Shown here: positions 1 to 10,377 of the stretch, one piece after another | Position numbering within the stretch: position 1 is the first letter of the stretch | How the letters are laid out: each line of letters starts with the position of its first letter | Origin: a virus | IMG/VR virus record: IMGVR_UViG_3300045115_000211 | Span: 32,001 to 96,000 of that record | DNA: 64,000 nt | Strand: one strand, 5' to 3' | Position numbers and translations under genes: made by a program | The notes under the pieces: model-generated | The model's input: only the letters and a program-made list of their open reading frames with translations | What the model was told of the DNA's origin: nothing | Databases searched by the model: none

Positions 1-2
1 AT

Positions 3-677
3 TTGCCTTACGGGACGACCCAAAATCAGTGGGACTCCGTCATACCGTTGGAGCCACTGTGGGCGCAGTACGACAGGCTGCTGTCCAAGGACGGGGTCGT
101 GGTCCTCACGGCGCAGGGGAAGTTCTCCGCTATGCTGATCCTTGCGGCCCCGGAATCGATCCCGTACAGGTACTCCGCCGTCTGGTGCAAGCGCAACCAC
201 ACGAACCAGCTCAACGCCAAGAGGCAACTCCTCCGCAAGCACGAGGACGTGCTCGTGTTCTACCGCGGGGACCCGGCCTACAACCCGCAGGGACTCGTCA
301 GGAAGGGCACGCTCACCAAGCAAGGCAAGACCTCCACGACCTGCTACGGTGAACAAAAGCGTGACCCCTACGTGCAGGAGTGGACGAACTGGCCCACGAC
401 GCTCATCGAGGTCGACGGGAAGACCAGCAGAACCCACCCGACTGAAAAGCCATTGGCATTGTGGGTTTATTTGATGAGGACATTCAGCAACGAGGGAGGC
501 TTGGTTTTAGATAACTGTTCTGGCTCTGGTACAACTGCCGTGGCGGCCAGGATGTTCGGAAGGCGTTTTGTTTGTATCGAAAAGGACGCAGACATACACG
601 CAAAATCGCTGGTCAGACTGGAACAAGAGGCTCCAGTTTGTGACCTATTTGGCTCAACGATTCCAGGGTCTTCCTGA
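3..677 (+). CDS. DNA N4/N6 methyltransferase (beta class), 5' truncated by window edge
   Basis: LPYG catalytic motif remnant, HEDVLVF, HPTEKP, VLDNCSGSGTT SAM-binding motif. Confidence 0.9.
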   Translation: MPYGTTQNQWDSVIPLEPLWAQYDRLLSKDGVVVLTAQGKFSAMLILAAPESIPYRYSAVWCKRNHTNQLNAKRQLLRKHEDVLVFYRGDPAYNPQGLVRKGTLTKQGKTSTTCYGEQKRDPYVQEWTNWPTTLIEVDGKTSRTHPTEKPLALWVYLMRTFSNEGGLVLDNCSGSGTTAVAARMFGRRFVCIEKDADIHAKSLVRLEQEAPVCDLFGSTIPGSS

Positions 678-1568
678 TGCTGTCTTTGACCATCTCCTTG
701 GACTGACTCACATCGTGCTCCCAAAAACGCAGAACAGTGTACCCGCACTTGCGCATGTATGCGTCTTGTGACCTGTCGAGGTTCATTCTTTTGGTCTGTC
801 TTGGGCCCGGATTTCGATAGCCATGCCAGTAGTCTCCGTCCCATTGAATGACGAGGCTTGTCCCATCAACAACCGCATCTACGACGAATTTGTCGGAGAT
901 CAGCACTTGGGTCGAGAACGAGAGACCCAACTCCCGAAGAATGGCAGATCCATTTTCTTCGAGGCTGGTAGGCTTTTGACGCCGTTGTTGTGCAAGGTTG
1001 CCTGCGATGACGGCGTTTCGTTTCCAGTCTGGGCATGCGTTTCTGCACGCCATTGAGCAGTACAGAACGGCAGCGAATTTCTTTTTGCACGGGCTGCGTC
1101 TGAACACCTTTCCGCATGTTTTGCAGGTGTGCTCAACCTTGTGTCTTCCTTGATAGTCGTTGTGGCATTTTGGGTCACAAAAGCAGTTTTTGATAGCCTT
1201 CCCAAGGGGATGTAGATTGGAACGCCGCAGTTTTTGCACCTCGATTCTGTTCCCGTAAGTCTTGTTTGCCCGAAACAGGCCCCAGAGCAATAGATCTGCT
1301 TGTCGTGGCTTGGTTGAAATTTCTTGCCGCATCGCTTGCAAACCTTGGGCGTGCTTCGAGAGGCAACGCCGGCGCATTTTCTCGAACAGTATTTGCCTGT
1401 GCGATGCTGGTTGACCACGAATCCCCTCCCGCACACGCGGCACTCTTCCATTCTTGACATCGCATCTGGGCGATAGCACCGCATTGAGCAGAAACGATAC
1501 GGTTTGTATCCGACGCGGGAAAACCCTTTTCCGCACCTCTGGCAAACATATTGACTGATGTGTCTCAT
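613..1568 (-). CDS. Zn-finger-repeat + Vsr/DUF559-like endonuclease (free-standing homing-endonuclease-like), frameshifted near 1190
   Basis: CxxC...YCSxxC repeats start in one frame (MRHISQYVC) and continue in another, ending in VDAV...QWDGDYWHG...GYTVLRFWEHD; low GC. Confidence 0.75.
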
Positions 1569-1693
1569 GACTTGCTCTTTGGCACATCCCAATATGCCGT
1601 CTTGCACTTTGGGCACATCCTCACGTCGCTTTTCCTGGGAACCCACTTCCAATCGCATTTCAGGCACTTGAGGAATTGGAGTTTGACTTTCAT
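1565..1693 (-). CDS. 42-aa zinc-ribbon protein (not in ORF track)
   Basis: MKVKLQFLKCLKCDWKWVPRKSDVRMCPKCKTAYWDVPKSKS; ATGA overlap with the nuclease gene. Confidence 0.75.
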   Translation of the reverse strand: MKVKLQFLKCLKCDWKWVPRKSDVRMCPKCKTAYWDVPKSKS

Positions 1694-1730
1694 GGACACT
1701 CATACGATGTTACATAGGTAAATCCCTGCA

Positions 1731-1759
1731 TTGACTTTCGGTAGCGAGGCGCCTATAAT
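1731..1759 (+). promoter_or_regulatory. sigma70-like promoter, leaderless start of vsr
   Basis: TTGACT-17bp-TATAAT, GTG 6 nt later. Confidence 0.85.
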
Positions 1760-1765
1760 GCCAGC

Positions 1766-2179
1766 GTGAGAAAAGAAACCAAAGCGCAGATCAGCCACCG
1801 GATGGCCCTCATCCGCGGCAAGTGGACCCTGCCGGAGAGGCAGGCCCATGGGTTCCTGAAGTCCATCCACGCCAGGCACAGGATGCACCCCACGATGCCT
1901 TCCAAGGACATGGGGCATCCTGACGTCGCCCTGTCGGGGACGCGCACCGTCCTGTTCGCCCACGGATGCTTCTGGCACGACTGCCCGGCGTGCGCCAGGG
2001 ACAAGGCGAGGATGAAGCCCTTCTGGAGGGACAAGGTCACGAGGAACGCCGCCAGGGACGGGCGCCAACTCGCCGCCTTGCGATCCGCCGGGTGGAACCC
2101 CGTCGTCATCTGGGAGCACGACTTCAGGAGCGGCGCCTACAAGGGGTTGTTGAGGCTGGCAGTGGACGGGGCACGATAG
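1766..2179 (+). CDS. vsr: Very short patch repair endonuclease
   Basis: T.PE, GHPDV, FAHGCFWH, NAARD, GW..VVIWE motifs. Confidence 0.9.
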   Translation: MRKETKAQISHRMALIRGKWTLPERQAHGFLKSIHARHRMHPTMPSKDMGHPDVALSGTRTVLFAHGCFWHDCPACARDKARMKPFWRDKVTRNAARDGRQLAALRSAGWNPVVIWEHDFRSGAYKGLLRLAVDGAR

Positions 2180-2192
2180 GGCGAGGCATGGG

Positions 2193-2987
2193 ATGCTGGT
2201 CATCGATGCGAACGGAAGGCTGAAGACGCCGGACGGCGTCCCCCTGGACGATTACGTGTGGCGCCGCCAGTACCGGGTCGGCGCCGACGGGACGTCGCGC
2301 CTCGCATTCTCGATGATGGGGGTCACGCGCGAGTCGTACATGGGGACCCCAGAGCCCAACCCGCGAGGGCCATTGCGGGTCATGTTCGTGCCGCCGGACG
2401 GCGTCTTCGTGCCTTCCAGCAGGCTGGTCGCGCTGAGGCCCTGCTGCGAGCACATCTCCGTCACCTTGTCGAGGGGATACCACGCCAGCGAGGACGTCAA
2501 CCCCGTCGCGGCCGATCCTTCCAGGATGTCCTACGAGATCGACGCCATAGCCGCCGTGATCTGCGAACCCGCCTCGCCTGCCGCTCCAGCCCCGTCGCCG
2601 CTGGAAGCCGTGGCCGCGGCGCGCATAGTCGCGGGATCCATATTGACGATCGATGACTCCACTTGTCTCGTGCGGCTCGCCATCGGAGGCGAGCACCCCA
2701 TCGGGGTCGCCACCGCCGCCCCCGACTCCGACGGCAACGTGGAGGCTTTCCTGTCGTCGGGAGAGACCGTCAGACTCCAGTCCAGGCAGGCCATCGTCGT
2801 CGAGCACGGCGAGCGCCTGCCGACGGTGCCCGCCGAACAGTGGCTTATCCGCGAGAGGATGCGGGAGGCCATGCGAGCCGCCCGACCGACCAGCAAACCC
2901 GGCAACCCCTTCGGCGGGCCGGCCGTCCCTTCCGATCCTGAAGTCGGCGACTTCAGGATCGCGGAGGAGGACGAGTTGCTGGGGTAG
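2193..2987 (+). CDS. hypothetical protein
   Basis: long ORF with phage-typical GC3 codon use. Confidence 0.6.
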   Translation: MLVIDANGRLKTPDGVPLDDYVWRRQYRVGADGTSRLAFSMMGVTRESYMGTPEPNPRGPLRVMFVPPDGVFVPSSRLVALRPCCEHISVTLSRGYHASEDVNPVAADPSRMSYEIDAIAAVICEPASPAAPAPSPLEAVAAARIVAGSILTIDDSTCLVRLAIGGEHPIGVATAAPDSDGNVEAFLSSGETVRLQSRQAIVVEHGERLPTVPAEQWLIRERMREAMRAARPTSKPGNPFGGPAVPSDPEVGDFRIAEEDELLG

Positions 2988-3016
2988 TTGACTCCGGATC
3001 GGCCAGCCCCTATAAT
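2988..3016 (+). promoter_or_regulatory. sigma70-like promoter
   Basis: TTGACT-17bp-TATAAT. Confidence 0.85.
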
Positions 3017-3070
3017 GGGCGCCTGAAGGACGGAAATCTGAAAGGCTGGCAATCCACAAAGGAGGACGGG

Positions 3071-3691
3071 ATGAACGGGTTCGGATCGAGGAACGGCGGG
3101 GTCGGGCTGTACGTGCTGCTGGGGATCGGTGTCGTGGCGGTGTTCCTGGCGTTTATGCTGATGGGCTGGAGCAACGCCGAGCGGGCGCAGCGCAACCTGC
3201 TGACGGCCAAGCAGAAGGACAACACGTCCGAGTTCGACAACCTCAAGAAGAAGATCAACGGCATCGTGTCCATCCCCGAGGCCAAGATGGACGCGCTCAA
3301 GTCGATCTTCGTCGAGCACGCCCAGGCCCGCACGTCCGGCGGCAGCCAGGACGGCTCGCTGATGAAGTGGGTCACGGAGTCCGTGCCCAACGTCGGCGAC
3401 GCCGCCGGCATCTATGACCAGGTGCTGAACCTCGTCGTGGCGTCCCGCGACTCGTGGACGCAGCGCCAGAAGGAAATCCTCGACATGAAGAGGGTGCACG
3501 ACAACATCCTCGACCTCGGGTTCCGCGGCCTGTTCCTGACGTCGGTGCTCGGCAGGCAGAAGATCGAAGTCGTAATCGTGACGTCCGTCGCGACGAAGCG
3601 CGCCTTCGAGACCGGCGAGGACAACGACGACGGCACCCTGTTCAAGCGCAGGGCCGACAAGCCCTCCGAGAAGACCGCCGTCGAGAAGTAG
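3071..3691 (+). CDS. LemA-like membrane-anchored protein
   Basis: N-terminal TM helix, coiled body, W..ESVPN; strong SD GGAGG. Confidence 0.55.
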   Translation: MNGFGSRNGGVGLYVLLGIGVVAVFLAFMLMGWSNAERAQRNLLTAKQKDNTSEFDNLKKKINGIVSIPEAKMDALKSIFVEHAQARTSGGSQDGSLMKWVTESVPNVGDAAGIYDQVLNLVVASRDSWTQRQKEILDMKRVHDNILDLGFRGLFLTSVLGRQKIEVVIVTSVATKRAFETGEDNDDGTLFKRRADKPSEKTAVEK

Positions 3692-3960
3692 GGGACCATG
3701 ATCTTCACGCTCGGCAGGAAGGACATCTACGAGCCGCTCTTCGTCGACCCGGACAAGCCTCCGAGGAAGGCGAAGGGCGGTAGCGTCTGGCAGACCTGGG
3801 GCGGGGCCGAGAAGCACAGGCTCTCGATGCCGAAGCCCAACGACTTCGCCGTGTACGGCGTCGGCGCCGACTGGCACAGCTCGCAGGTAAGGGCCGAGGA
3901 GAGGGGCGTCGAATGGCGCTCCTTGACGGTCGATGCTCCCCTCGTGAGGATAGCCGTCTG

Positions 3961-5190
3961 ATGAGCGACATGGGCATGTCCTTCTTCTACGGGATGGCGA
4001 TGCTGCCGATCCTGATCGGCCTGTTCCTCTTCGCCAAGAAGCGCGAGGTCGTGTGGTGGGAGTGGCTCGCGGGCTGCGGCCTCGCCCTGCTGATGGCGGT
4101 CATATTCCATTGGATCGCCCTTGAGGCGCAGTGCCGCGACCACGAGGTCTTCTCCGGCAAGGTCGTCTCGGCGACACATCACCCCTGGTGGCAGGCCCGC
4201 GAGGAGGTTGACGACTACGAGGACGAGGAGTACACGGACTCCGAAGGCAACAAGCACACCAGGCGCAAGAAGGTCGGTTCGCACTACGAGTACCACGACC
4301 ATCCCGAGCATTGGACGTGCGAGGCGGACTTCGGATCGTACTCCTCGACCGTCGAGTACGAGATCGACCAGGCGTTCTTCCGCCAGATCGCGGCCAACTT
4401 CTGCGGCGGCAGCCTGCGGACCGTGCAGCCGTGGAAGTCGGACTTCTACAAGGGCGACAAGAACGAATACGTCGCCGACAACAAGACGGGCTACGTCTAC
4501 CCAACGACCCGCTGGATGGCCTTCAAGAACCGCGTCAAGGCGTCCCCCAGCCTGTACTCCTTCGCCCCGGTCCCCAAGGACGCCAAGGTCTTCCCGTACC
4601 CGGCCTGCAAGGACCCGTTCGCCTCCGACAGGCTCGTGGGGACGGCGAGGCAGACCATCCCCTTGAGGGACTTCGACGTGATGTGCTCGTCCCTCGGCCC
4701 AAGGAAGAAGGTCAACCTGATCATGGTCGGGTTCGGCGAGGCCGGATCCGAGGCGGCCCACGTGCAGGAGGCTGCCTGGGTTGGCGGCAAGAAGAACGAC
4801 CTCGTCCTCTGCTACGGCGGCAAGGACCAGAGGAAGCCGTCCTGGACGTACGTGTTCGGCTGGACGGACAAGGCCATCGTGAAGGTCAACCTCCAGTCCA
4901 TCCTGCTGAAGAACCCCATCGACGCGACGATCCTGCCACTCGTCGAGGCGGAGGTCTCCAGGAACTACGAGATCAAGGAATGGAGGGACTTCAGCTACCT
5001 CCAGGTCGAGCCGCCGGCGTGGTCGTACTGGGTCTACATCTTCGTGATGGTCGGCGCCCAGGTCGGGTTCTGGTTCTGGGCCAGGTCGAACGAGTTCGGG
5101 AAGGACACGCCGCGCGGATCCGGCCCGAGGAACCCCTTCGACAGGACCTTCGGCGGGTTCGGGTCGGGCGGCAGGAGGCTGTTCCGGTGA
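3961..5190 (+). CDS. membrane protein (N-terminal TMs, C-terminal TM, GGKKND motif)
   Basis: hydrophobic segments at both ends; WVGGKKNDLVLC. Confidence 0.6.
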   Translation: MSDMGMSFFYGMAMLPILIGLFLFAKKREVVWWEWLAGCGLALLMAVIFHWIALEAQCRDHEVFSGKVVSATHHPWWQAREEVDDYEDEEYTDSEGNKHTRRKKVGSHYEYHDHPEHWTCEADFGSYSSTVEYEIDQAFFRQIAANFCGGSLRTVQPWKSDFYKGDKNEYVADNKTGYVYPTTRWMAFKNRVKASPSLYSFAPVPKDAKVFPYPACKDPFASDRLVGTARQTIPLRDFDVMCSSLGPRKKVNLIMVGFGEAGSEAAHVQEAAWVGGKKNDLVLCYGGKDQRKPSWTYVFGWTDKAIVKVNLQSILLKNPIDATILPLVEAEVSRNYEIKEWRDFSYLQVEPPAWSYWVYIFVMVGAQVGFWFWARSNEFGKDTPRGSGPRNPFDRTFGGFGSGGRRLFR

Positions 5191-5984
5191 AGGATGGCGA
5201 CAAGACCTGCTGGAAGACCTGGAACCCCGACGGGCGCGGCCCGCGCGGAACATGCTGCTGCAACTGCGCGAGCCACAGGTCGCTCTGGTCGCACCCGTGG
5301 GTCGACGGCAAGCCCGTGACCCACAGGACCGGGTGGGCTTGCGTGTCCTCCGGACTGAGCACGCGCAAGGCCACGTTGAGCAACAGGCATGGGCTGTGCG
5401 AGCTGTACGAGCCGAGGGCAGCCGCCAAGGCGGAACGGAGGTTGTCATGAAACAGGAAGTTGTTCTCGACTGCGGGGAGGCGAACAAGACGCCGGTCTAC
5501 TGCGTGTGGTTCGGTCCAGTACAGAGCCCGATGCCAGAGTTCTCTCTCGGAGTTCCCGTCGCAAAGGCCGAGTTCTTGGCTGCGCTGAAGAGGTTCGACA
5601 AGAACTACACCACATACGTCATTCGCACCGTCAAGATGGCGTCCAGTCCAGACGAGGACAGAAACCCGCCTGATCGGTACTCCCAAGAGTTCATCCGGCC
5701 AAATGGGAGGCTGTTCAGGGTGTGGATACTGCACACTCACATGACATCACTCGTCGTACGGGCAAACGACCCCGGCAATGTCGCCCCCGTGGTCGTGGGG
5801 TGGCTGTCGAACAACGAAAAGATGGGCCGCATCCAGAAGGTGACTGAGCTCCCCCTGTACATCGAGGACGACGACGGGGAGGAATGCGGCGACCTGGACT
5901 ACAGGAGGTTCGATGGGCCTCCGAAGACGGCCGGGGACTTCGACATCGTGGCGTACGCGAGCATCTTCGACGACAGGAGGAAGG

Positions 5985-6461
5985 ATGAGGATCGCAAGCA
6001 TAGTAAGCGGCGGTCAAGCCGGCGCTGACCGTGCGGGGCTTGACGCGGCCATCTCCAGTGGCGTCCCCCACGGAGGGTGGGTGCCGAGGGGCAGGCGTTC
6101 CGAGGACGGCACGGTCCCGGAGAAGTATGCCCTCAAGGAGACTGGGGCTCCCGGATACCTCGTCAGGACGCGGCTCAACGCGACGATCTCGGACGCCACG
6201 GTGGTCTTCACGCACGGAACCCCGCGGTCAGGATCGGCCAGGACGATCGAGATCGCGGCCAGCCTCGGCAAGCCGTGCCTGCACGTCGACCTGGACGGCC
6301 AGGGTGACCACATCGCCGCCGTGCTGGGATGGCTCGAAGGCTTGCCCCAGGGGCGCGGCGTCCTCAACGTGGCCGGCAGCCGCGAGTCGTCGTGGCCCGG
6401 CATCGGGGACGAGGTGCGGCGTATAATGCTGGTCGTCATCGAGAGGGGGACGAAGGCATGA
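5985..6461 (+). CDS. putative molybdenum-carrier/SLOG family protein
   Basis: IVSGGQAGADRAGLD, HGGWVPRGRRSEDG, RT..N...SDAT, LNVAGSRES. Confidence 0.85.
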   Translation: MRIASIVSGGQAGADRAGLDAAISSGVPHGGWVPRGRRSEDGTVPEKYALKETGAPGYLVRTRLNATISDATVVFTHGTPRSGSARTIEIAASLGKPCLHVDLDGQGDHIAAVLGWLEGLPQGRGVLNVAGSRESSWPGIGDEVRRIMLVVIERGTKA

Positions 6462-6967
6462 GTGCCAAGAACGGGTTCACGCTGATCGAACTTCTGGTGG
6501 TCATCGCGATCAAAGGCGTCACGGGAGTGACGACCGAAGGGAGGAACGTACCGTGAACGCACTGGTTCGGATTTTCCATCGACACACGTGGGCCTACGCG
6601 CTTGGAGTATCGCCAGGCGTGTTCAGTGGCGATCCGCGCCCGCTGTGGCGTCCGCCGCGCTTGTCCGGTTTGTGGGAGACGCGAAGAGATCGAGCACTAT
6701 GGCCGCGTCGTCACGGTTGACGGCGTGGAGTACATGGCAGACCCACAATGGCGGGAGAGTGAGCCGAACATCTGCATCATGGCGAGCATCATCGTGCCGG
6801 CGGTCAAGGGGTTCAGGAGCGGGGAGTCTGGGCGCGTCCATTCGGCTCCCCCAGCGTCGACCCAGTCGTCAGCCCCGGCGTCGCATGGAAATGGCGATGC
6901 CTCCGTCGTCGTCGATGGGCACTCGTATGTCCACGACCCGGCGTGCCGCGACGCCTCGCACAGGTAG
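6458..6967 (+). pseudogene. type IV prepilin-like gene interrupted by a 258-bp insert (6513-6770)
   Basis: GFTLIELLVVIAI before the insert joins in frame to ICIMASIIVPAVKG after it. Confidence 0.75.
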
Positions 6968-6973
6968 GAGTGG

Positions 6974-7726
6974 ATGGAACTCGACCGCAGGACGGAGGGG
7001 GTCAGGGCAAGCTGCCGCGTTGCGGCGGCCGTCATGGCGGCGGTTCAGCCGACCGTCAGGGCAGGGTCGTCCACGCTCGACGTGGACGCCGTGGCCGCCG
7101 AGACCATGCGCAGGATGGGAGTCAGGAGCGCCTTCCTCGGGCACCACGGGTTCCCAGGCTCCGTGTGCATCTCGATCAACGAGGAGGTGCTGCACGGCAT
7201 CCCCTCGCGGACGAGGACCATATCCCCCGGTGACATCGTCAAGGTTGACCTCGGGGTGGTCAAGGACGGCTTCTACAGCGACATGGCGCAGACGTTCGTC
7301 ATCGACGACGGCGAGGATGCGACCAGGCGGAAGAGGTCGCTGATGGACGCCGCCTTGTCCGCCCTGATGGCTGGGATAGCCGCCGTCAAGGACGGGGAGA
7401 AGGTCCTAGCCGTCGCCACAGCCATCAGCGGTGTCCTCAGGTCGAGGGGCTACGAGCCGATCGATGGGATGTCTGGCCACGGCGTCGGCGTCAGGCTCCA
7501 CGAGCCGCCGCAGGTCCCGAACAGGATCGAGGGTTGGGACTGCAGTGCGGTCATGCGGAGGGGCATGACCCTGGCCATCGAGCCGATGGTCGGGCTGGGG
7601 TCTCCAAAGGCCAGGTTCAGGAGCGACGGGTGGACGGTCGTCATGTCAGACGGGCTTCCTTCCGCCCACTTCGAGCACACGGTGCTCGTCACCGACGGGC
7701 AGGCAGAGGTGCTGACGGTAGTCTGA
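6974..7726 (+). CDS. map: methionine aminopeptidase type I
   Basis: GFPGSVCISINEEVLHGIP, DLG...D, GHGVG..LHE, AIEPM, AHFEHT (all metal ligands). Confidence 0.95.
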   Translation: MELDRRTEGVRASCRVAAAVMAAVQPTVRAGSSTLDVDAVAAETMRRMGVRSAFLGHHGFPGSVCISINEEVLHGIPSRTRTISPGDIVKVDLGVVKDGFYSDMAQTFVIDDGEDATRRKRSLMDAALSALMAGIAAVKDGEKVLAVATAISGVLRSRGYEPIDGMSGHGVGVRLHEPPQVPNRIEGWDCSAVMRRGMTLAIEPMVGLGSPKARFRSDGWTVVMSDGLPSAHFEHTVLVTDGQAEVLTVV

Positions 7727-7955
7727 CGTCCGGAGAACACGATGGGCAAGCCTCGCGACGAATGGGGCGGTGACGACGGGCGCGACAGGCGCGACCGCCA
7801 CGAGAAGGTCAACTCTTGCGAGGACTGCGGCGAGAACGGCGGCCGCAGGAGGTTCGAACGCGGCATCGACCTCGGGTTCCTGTGCGACTCCTGCTGGCGC
7901 GAGTCGCAGGCCGAGGCAGACCTCGCATCCGAATAGCCTGCTGTATAATGCCCGC

Positions 7956-9038
7956 ATGGCAACCATCTTCAGCCTCTTCACCGGAGCCGGAGGCCTTGAC
8001 CTCGGGTTCGCACAGGCTGGGTTCCGCACGACCCTCGTCGTCGAGACCGACAAGGCCTGTTGCGACACGTTCGTAGCGAACTTCCACGGCGACCTGACGT
8101 CGGTCAACGGTCCCGTCGAGAACGTGTCGTTCTCCGAGGATTCCCCGGGATTGCTGGAGGTTGCGTTCCGTGGAGCGGAATTCGAGAACCGCTTCCTTCA
8201 GCCACATCCAGACGTCGTGATAGGAGGGGCCCCTTGCCAGGCGTTCTCGGTGGCTGGCCTTCAGAACCCAGACGACCCGAGGGGCACCCTGGTGGGCGAG
8301 TTCGTCAGGATCGTCAGGGAGGTCAGACCGAAGGCGTTCGTCCTGGAGAACGTGCCCCGCCTCCTGACCTCGACGAAGCCCCATGCCGAAGCCGCCAGGC
8401 TGTCCGTGCTTGCCCTGCATGACGTCGGCTACTCCGTCACGACGCACGTCCTGAACGCCAGGGACTTCGGCATCCCGCAGTCCCGCGAGAGGGTCTTCTT
8501 CGTCGGGATGATGAGTCCACTCCCCCACCTCCGGGCCTCTTCCACCGACGGCCACATGTTCCCCCACAGGACTGCCGGCGAAGTGCTGCGCGAGATCGGA
8601 AGGGAAGGAAGGGGAAACGTGCCGAACGCCAAGGTCCAGCCGTCCAAGAAGCCCATCCTCCGTCTGACCCCGTACGCCGGGATGCTGTTCAACGGGACAG
8701 GCAGGCCGATCAGGCTGGACGGGTTGTCTGGCGCCCTGCCGGCATCGATGGGAGGGAACCGCACGCCCATCATCGACGACGAGGAACTGTACGACGGGGC
8801 AGAGCCGTGGGTCGTCCGGTACCACTCCAGGCTCGTGGCCGGCGGGGCACCGGAAGCCTCGGCGCCTGTGAGGCTGCGCAGGATGACGACCGTCGAGGCG
8901 GCGGCCTTCCAGGGGTTCCCGTCCGGCTTCAAGTTCCGTGGGAGCCAAAGCAGCGTGTTCAGGCAGATCGGCAACGCCGTCCCTCCCCCGATGGCGCGCG
9001 CCGTGGCGATGGCGGTCAAGGAGCACATGGGGCTTTGA
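7956..9038 (+). CDS. DNA cytosine-C5 methyltransferase
   Basis: SLFTGAGGLD, GGAPCQAFS, ENV, QSRERVF, QIGNAV; TATAAT 6 nt before ATG. Confidence 0.95.
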   Translation: MATIFSLFTGAGGLDLGFAQAGFRTTLVVETDKACCDTFVANFHGDLTSVNGPVENVSFSEDSPGLLEVAFRGAEFENRFLQPHPDVVIGGAPCQAFSVAGLQNPDDPRGTLVGEFVRIVREVRPKAFVLENVPRLLTSTKPHAEAARLSVLALHDVGYSVTTHVLNARDFGIPQSRERVFFVGMMSPLPHLRASSTDGHMFPHRTAGEVLREIGREGRGNVPNAKVQPSKKPILRLTPYAGMLFNGTGRPIRLDGLSGALPASMGGNRTPIIDDEELYDGAEPWVVRYHSRLVAGGAPEASAPVRLRRMTTVEAAAFQGFPSGFKFRGSQSSVFRQIGNAVPPPMARAVAMAVKEHMGL

Positions 9039-9257
9039 GGAGGCAGTCATGAGGCAGGCCGTGTTCGGGTTCGCTGGCACACAGTCGCTCGCGCTGAAGT
9101 TGATGAACGTGTTCGAGCGCCACGGGGCGAGCATCGTTGCGATAACCGAGTCGCCGTGCAAGCACGACATCGACAGGTTCAAGGTGTTCGGGTTCGTCGA
9201 GGAGCAGTCGCAGGCCGATGCCATCGCGAAGGAAATCGATAAGTTGCGGCAGGGGGC

Positions 9258-9286
9258 TTGACTCCGCATCGGACATGTCGTATCGT
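9258..9286 (+). promoter_or_regulatory. sigma70-like promoter
   Basis: TTGACT-17bp-TATCGT. Confidence 0.7.
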
Positions 9287-9306
9287 GTTGGCGAACGGAG
9301 AATCGC

Positions 9307-9399
9307 ATGCCGAAGACAGCCAAGCCAGTTAGCGGGACGGGAGAGTGGGCGGCCCACGTCGCCAACATCCAGAACGGGTGTGAGCACGACTGGCGATAA
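9307..9399 (+). pseudogene. orphaned original 5' end of the radical-SAM-like gene at 10374
   Basis: MPKTAKPVSGTGEWAAHVANIQNGCEHDW(R*) aligns with MTKPVSGTKEWACHSVNIQTGCENDC; GGAG SD. Confidence 0.85.
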
Positions 9400-9486
9400 A
9401 TCGTGGCAGGGATTTGACGATGTATTCGAGAATGACCATAGCAATGACCTCAACGGCTGCAAACACGGCAGTCGAAAGGAGTTGCT

Positions 9487-10377
9487 ATGGAACAGACGCT
9501 CGTATGCAGGAAGTGCGGAAAGGACTGCGGCCATCGTCGGGCGATGCTTGGGTATGTGAAGCAACGAATCCTGGTCAAGTCCTGCGACCAATGTCGGGCG
9601 GATTCCAAGACCAAGATGCGGGCGTTGATGGCGGAACGCAATCGCAGTCCAAAGATGCGGGCGTTGAGCTCGAAGAGAATGCGTCGGCTCAACCCAATGC
9701 ACGATGCCAGAGTTGCTTTGCGGGTGGCCGAGACGAACAGAGAGGCGTATCGGACTGGACAAAGGCGTTCGTCGTTCTGCGATCCGGAGACGAAGTCCAA
9801 GGCGGAGGATGGCTCCAGAAGGTTTTGGGGGAGCGAACGGTCAAGAGAACTGAAGGAACGATTCAGGAAGAGAATGTCTCGGTCGAACCCAATGTTCGAT
9901 CCGCAGACCGTAGAGAGGGTTCAAGCAACCCTACGGGATGGTCGCTCCTCAGGACGCATCATCACCCCAAGAGGGAAGTTGCATTGGCTATGGAAGGGGA
10001 ACCGTTCGTTCAACCTTGTGGTTCGATCAAGGCTCTACAAAGTGTGGACAATCCCTGCCGTGGTCAGGGACGGATTTGCTTGCGTACTGTGCGGCAGAGG
10101 ACAATGCTCGTTGCAGGTTCATCATCTCAAGCCACTATCCGTCATCATCGGGGCGGTTCTAGCAAGAGAGGGAGTGCTGGATGTCGAGAGTTTGGCTGGT
10201 TCAGAGCGATACTCTCAACTGGCCGATTTGGTTGTCTCGGAGCATCGTTTGGAGGATGGAATCACGGTTTGCAGGCGGTGTCACGCTTCCATAGATCGTC
10301 AGTATCGTGGGCATGAGATGCTGAACCAAGACAGATTGAGCAACGGGATGCAAGCCGTTAGGCAGAGGACTTCATGA
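9487..10377 (+). CDS. HNH endonuclease (free-standing homing-endonuclease-like)
   Basis: RDGFACVLCG...VHHLKP...GITVCRRCH; NPM repeats; lower GC. Confidence 0.85.
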   Translation: MEQTLVCRKCGKDCGHRRAMLGYVKQRILVKSCDQCRADSKTKMRALMAERNRSPKMRALSSKRMRRLNPMHDARVALRVAETNREAYRTGQRRSSFCDPETKSKAEDGSRRFWGSERSRELKERFRKRMSRSNPMFDPQTVERVQATLRDGRSSGRIITPRGKLHWLWKGNRSFNLVVRSRLYKVWTIPAVVRDGFACVLCGRGQCSLQVHHLKPLSVIIGAVLAREGVLDVESLAGSERYSQLADLVVSEHRLEDGITVCRRCHASIDRQYRGHEMLNQDRLSNGMQAVRQRTS

